A stretch of 63,910 nucleotides of DNA, filler included, from Fonticula-like sp. SCN 57-25 (lineage: Eukaryota), in the NCBI GenBank assembly GCA_001724245.1. It is 11 parts of 11 records of this genome, joined end to end, with 100 filler letters (N's around TTAATTAATTAA, not from the genome) between each part and the next. Parts side by side here need not be neighbours in the genome. Positions count along the whole stretch, not along the records: positions 57,213 to 63,910 come from MEDX01000550.1; 10 more parts are not named here. One strand, given 5' to 3'. Positions 59,084-63,910 of this stretch are shown here, piece after piece (positions within the stretch are counted from its first letter, which is position 1; each line of letters opens with the position of its first letter). The position numbers were made by a program, and so were the translations under genes. The notes under the pieces were generated by a model. It was not told where the DNA came from. It saw nothing but the letters and a program-made list of their open reading frames with translations, and made no database searches.

Positions 59084-62000
59084 TCAGTGGAACCCCGCCG
59101 AGCCGGCAACCGGCGCGCGCGGCTCGCGTGCGATGCGCACATCCATCTGCAACACCATCGCCATCGTCAGATCAGAAAAAGTCGGTTTCAGTCGGTTTCA
59201 GTCGGTTTCAAACGTACCTCCTGACTTGACGAAAATCCCTTTTGGGCCATCTTTCTCGCCGGCGGCATCTTTCGAATGTCGACCGCGACGATTCGCGGCG
59301 CGTAAAGATCGCGCAGCAGCACAAACTCGACGTCGTCTCCCACCTGCAGGGCCGCAGCCGCGGACGGTGCGGCTTCATTGTACTCTGACGGCTTGAAAGA
59401 GTACTGCAGCTTGGACGATGTCACGATGACGCCATCGTCGGATGCGGTGTTGATCTGCGAGATGTGGCCAGTGTCGGTGACGCGGACGGTGCCGCGCGGG
59501 CGGACTTCGATGCGGACGGCGTTCGGGTTGCGTTCCTGGCCGCGGTAGACGCAGAAAAAGTTGACTTCGGTGCCGACCTCGGCGGGGGGGTCGGGCCACA
59601 CGGTGCTATGGAAGAAGACCTAGGGGGAAAAGTGGGGAAAAGGAAGGAAGAAAAGGAGAGAAAAAGAGAAGAAAAAGAAGAAAAAAGAGAAGAAAAAAGG
59701 TAAAAAGAGAAGAAAAAGTATCAAAAATGACACATAAAGAGATAAAAGCAACAAATATAAATCAACACAAAAATGTCATAAAACATCAAAGAACATACAT
59801 AAAAGACACAAAAAACAACCAAAAATGACACAAAAACACGTTAGAATCTCCTTTCAATTCCTACTCATATCCCAACGTACGTGCTTCTCCTGATCGCTGC
59901 ACTTGATATACCCATACTTGCGATCATCCTTTGGCACCGAAATCACAATCCCCTTTGACGTATTCGGCACTGGCTGCGTCACTCGAATATGCCTCGCCTA
60001 TTTCCATATTTAGCAACAAAACAAACAACAACAATGACTATAAATAGCATACCATGCCATTGGCATCGAGGTCGAATGACACGTGATCACCCGTAAATAG
60101 ACCCGGCTTGTGGTTGACCATGCCGCGCGTGTCCATGCCACGTGGGTCAAAGTAGGCGACTTCGCCGCCGTCAATCTTGATAACGCCTTTTTGTTCCATC
60201 TTTGTCGCAGTCTGGAAATGATTACGTCAGCAATGGAAGTATAGATAGGTAGGGGTATAGGTAGGGGTATAGATACAAAGGTATACACAATGTATACTGA
60301 TATACTGATACACACAATGTAATACTGATATACTCAATGTATACTGATATACTCATACACACCAATGTATACTGATATACACCATGATACTGATATACTC
60401 AATGTATACTGACAATGTATACTGATACACTCAACATCCAATGCATACCAATATATACCAATATATACTGATACACTTGACATCCAATATCCAATATACA
60501 CCAATATACACCAATGACCACCCAATACCCAACATCTTTCACCCCTCACTACCCACTCACCCCCTCTCGTACCAAGTACTCTGGCAGATGCTCCATAAGC
60601 ACAATACCCGTACAGTGCTGACTCCCACCCCCCATCGCATCATACAACCCCGCCATCCCAAACACTCCTTGCCTATTACTACTTGCCCCACTCCCGCCAC
60701 TGGCCTGCGCCTGATGCAACTCTTGCGCACTCGCCGCCGCACTCGCCGCCGCCACCCTAATCACCTGCTCCGCACTCGGCATCTGCGTCCCCCTCGGCGC
60801 GACATTCACGACATACGGCGTCGGCGACAGCTCATGAAAGCACAGCTGGCACACCACGTGGTCGCCTACGCTGAGCTGCGCGGCTGGGTGCAGCAGGTCG
60901 GCCTCCTGGAAGGAGAGGAACCACGTGCGGTTGGGCAGGTCGACGCGGATGCTGCCGCCGCAGGGGGGGCCGCCGGCGGCGCTCGGCGACAGCGCAAACT
61001 GGACAAGACCTTGCACGGTTTCGACGCGCTGCGGGACGAGCCTCAAAGTGATGCGGTGCGCGGCGGGGCGGTTGTCGGCGTGGTTGCCCTTGCGCGCGAG
61101 CTGGAATTCGACCTCGGCGCCGTCGGTGATGATCGCGCGGCCGTCCTCGGTGAAGAGCTCGGTAAAGTAAAAGTAGACGTCCTGCTGGAAGCTCTTGCAC
61201 TTGACGTAGCCAATGCCCTTGTCCTTTAAGAAGCGGATGAGGTGGCCGCGGTGGCGCTCGGCGGGCGCGGGGATGAGCAGCTTGATGTGCTCGGCGCGCG
61301 CGGCGCCGCCAAAGCCGCTGCCGAGGACAAACTCGACAGTGTCGCCGACGTCCAGCTCGGGCCAGCCTTTCCAGATGTTTTGCTCAGTGTACGAGACGAA
61401 ATTGCCGCGCTCGTTGTGAACCTCGATCGAGCCGGTCGGGTTCGCATCGACGGAAAGAAATTTGGCGAGGCTGGGGAGAATGACGGCGGTGCGCACGACG
61501 CCGTACTGGCGGGGGGCGTCCATGGGCGGCACCTGGCGGAAGCGGCTCAGGTTCACGTCAAAGCGAAAGATGCCATCGGATGAGGACTGGAAGCCGGACG
61601 AGCGCGGGCCGCCACCCACAGAAAGGCCGCCGGACATGCCGTTGGGGGGGCGCGAGAGGGCGCCGAGGCTGCCCTGGGGGGCCCACAGGTCCGCGGCAGA
61701 GTCGAGGCTGCCATCGGAGGAGCCCATGTACGATGACGAGCGGACAGAGGGAAGGCCGCCCATCCGAGTGGACCACGTGGAATCGCCGCCGCTGTGGGGG
61801 GCGAGGGCGGGCGTCAACGAGCGGCCCGTGGAAGGGAAAGAGCGGGGGGACATTTGCTGTGAGGGAAAGCGCGAAAAGGGGCGGAAAAAAAGAGGAAAAG
61901 GGCGCAAAACATGTCAGAATGGGATTTCCAAAGAGATGATCGAGGGAAAATGTGCGTACATCGGCCACGCGGCGCACCGCCAGCGCGCGAAACGACTTTT

Positions 62001-62367
62001 CATTCTCGCCGTGCGGGTCGAGCTGGCACTCGACAACGTCGCCGGTATTCACTCGGCTAGCAGCACAGAGCATTGAAATGTCAGCATGCATACCACGTTG
62101 CAAAGCGCGTGCAAAGAGCGAGCGGGCAACGCACTCGTTATCCTCGACCATGTCAATTTTAAAGTAGACGTTCTTGCTCAACGATGGCGAGTTGATGAAG
62201 CCAAAGTTCTTTTGGGGCTGGATGTTGAGCACGCGTCCTTTTATCCATTGCGACTGCTCCGACATCTGAGACTGGAAAGGAAAAGGGCGGAAAGCGCACA
62301 GCCAGCAGTCAGCAACGCACAACTGTACGTGAGAAACAAGTAGAAAAATGCAGCGTACCATTGTCAT
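59084..62367 (-). CDS. Multi-cold-shock-domain (Unr/CSDE1-like) RNA-binding protein
   Basis: Repeated CSD motifs KNFGFI...NVYFK, KGIGYVKC...DVYFYFTEL, KYGYIKCSD..VFFHS, LQVGDDVEF; about eight GT-AG introns; terminal exon ends TGA at 59084. Confidence 0.75.
60240..60540. repeat. Intronic degenerate minisatellite (CAATGTATACTGATATAC-like units)
   Basis: Many imperfect tandem copies inside the intron at ~60212-60560. Confidence 0.8.
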
Positions 62368-62382
62368 GGGATCCCTCGGCAA

Positions 62383-62853
62383 TTATGCTCTAATTGCAAT
62401 CACAAAAATGTTGATCGTCTTGTCTGCTTCTCCTGGCGCGCGATTCCGCAAACACGCACGCACACCAAAACAACCGCAAATCACTGCCTTTTCCTGGACA
62501 GGAATCCAGAAATCAGGTGATGTTGCCGTTTGGGTCGGGATGCACTGGGCGCGAAACCCTGACTCTGCAAACAAACCACGGCGGACACACCCCCAACAAT
62601 AGCGGCGAAAGGCGCCTTTTTTACTCGCCAACGGCCAGAGAGGGCGCGCAGGAGAAAAGGGGGAAAAAATGTCGTGTGGAGAAAAGAATTCCGGGGGGTA
62701 TGAATTTGTCACCCCCGAAGATGGACACGCGATTCGTAGAGAATTGACAGGGATTGTTGAGGGGTTGGGGGGGGCCGATGGATGGACCACCCCAGAGATG
62801 AGATAGATTGACCAATCAAAACTCGACGTGTCAACAAGCAAGAAATTGCACAT
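62383..62853 (-). CDS. Orphan intronless ORF C (156 aa) directly upstream of, and in frame with, the CSD gene
   Basis: ATG 62853 to TAA 62383; no recognisable family. Confidence 0.3.
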   Translation of the reverse strand: MCNFLLVDTSSFDWSIYLISGVVHPSAPPNPSTIPVNSLRIACPSSGVTNSYPPEFFSPHDIFSPFSPARPLWPLASKKGAFRRYCWGCVRRGLFAESGFRAQCIPTQTATSPDFWIPVQEKAVICGCFGVRACLRNRAPGEADKTINIFVIAIRA

Positions 62854-62952
62854 GACTCTCTAATTATCACGAAATTGCAGTTTGCGTGCGTGCTGGTTTG
62901 CAGTTTGCAGTTTGCAGTTTGCGCGCCGTTACGGTGACAAACGGAAAATCTG

Positions 62953-63910
62953 ATGGCGGCCAGCGAGGTGGATCGCCTGCGGGCGGGGCTGGAGCAGCAT
63001 GCCGAGGTGGTAAAGATAAAGGTACTGTGGGCAAGAGTTAAAGGACGAGACGTTAACCGTGCGTTTGCTTTTAGGCACAGCTTCGTGCGACGATAGCGCG
63101 CCTGATTGAGCAGCAGAATGCGGGGATCGACGTCTATGCCGCATCGTCATCATTGAGGCAGCCGCCGGAAGCCGATGCCCTCATGAACACAATAGACATC
63201 ATGCGTACGCTCATGGCGTACATTGTTCCTTCCGTCGGCGCGAGCGATGCCGCTGTTGCGCTGGCCCAAGCACAGCTAGCACGGCGGACACTCGCCGTCG
63301 CCAATGACGGCGAGCGATCCGTCGCCGTCGCCGGCCTGCTCGACACGCTCTGCGCCCTGCTCGAGACGCAGCAGCGCAGTGGAAATAAGCTCGAAGAACA
63401 GCACGCGGAAGAAATCGCCCGCGCACAGGCAGAGACCGCCAAGATCCTCCGATCCGCCGAGTGCGATCCCCTTTTTATTTTTGTTTTGATTGCTGACGAT
63501 GATGCAGCACTGAGCGTCAAGAATGGACCGCCGAGCGCACAAAGCTTCAGCAGCAACTCTCTCTTCTCCGCCAGCAAGCCGACGAAGCCACTCTGCGCGC
63601 AGACAGCATCCGCCAGCAAGCCGATCAGACCCAAAAATCACTCGAAGCACAGCTCGAAGCCGCCAAGCGCGACGACGCCGCCGCGCGCCAGCAGCTTCAA
63701 GAAAAATCCGCCGCCCTGCGCACCGCCGAAAGCCAGCTCGACGCGGCACAGCGCAGCGCCGCAGCACTTCAGGCCGAAGTCAGCGACGCACAAGCGCGCC
63801 TGCACGTGGCAAGCATCCAGGCCAAAGGCGCACAGGAGCAGGCGCAGGCGGCCCACGAACGAGAACTGCAGGCGCTCGAGGGGCAGTCAAAAGAGGCTTT
63901 GAAAAAGGCC
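62953..63910 (+). CDS. Coiled-coil protein of unknown family; 3' truncated
   Basis: ATG 62953 MAASEVDRLRAGLEQH; introns ~63022-63074 and ~63460-63514; Ala/Gln/Glu-rich heptads. Confidence 0.6.

Noticed and set aside
60240-60540. Repeat array as a possible CRISPR
   Set aside because: No constant repeat with unique spacers, no cas genes, and it lies in a eukaryotic intron
28527-62853. Protein homology among orphan ORFs A, B and C (CxC and CxxC motifs)
   Set aside because: Cys spacing is inconsistent and Cys is frequent on TG-rich strands; no credible alignment by eye

Overview
The window is not one locus. It is 11 unrelated eukaryotic contigs (1-5614, 5715-11321, 11422-17021, 17122-22714, 22815-28405, 28506-34390, 34491-40074, 40175-45756, 45857-51435, 51536-57112, 57213-63910) joined by artificial 100-nt N44-TTAATTAATTAA-N44 linkers. 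Genes are compact, with GT-AG spliceosomal introns that are mostly 40-60 nt. At least two organisms seem to be present: GC-rich contigs with GTACGC/GTGCGC donors, and the AT-richer contigs 3 and 10. Both are probably unicellular eukaryotes. Recognisable genes: MEKK1-like SWIM-RING-TOG, a ZnF-RFTS-DDT-WHIM protein, two RasGEFs, GT61, WDR44-like, eEF2, RNF5, SPCS3, vigilin, ADAT2, SCFD2, DPP3, a SEL1-repeat protein, RPAP2, NUP35, tRNA-Ala(AGC), SMARCAL1, Rab1, an OLE1-like desaturase, DRS2, a Crinkler/RHS-type NTPase, a LINE relic, an FN3 receptor pseudokinase, an ankyrin protein, a UBE2Q-UFD1 fusion, YjjX and an Unr-like CSD protein. Main unexplained signal: the contigs fall in descending length (5614 to 5577) except contig 6 (about 300 nt too long) and contig 11 (at least 1121 nt too long). 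These two carry long, intronless, unrecognisable minus-strand ORFs in intergenic space (28527-28793, 58365-58847, 62383-62862), possibly inserted cassettes. I could not resolve their boundaries or mechanism. Other highlights are unusual domain fusions and several apparent pseudoenzymes. All homology calls come from motif recognition by eye; no database search was run.
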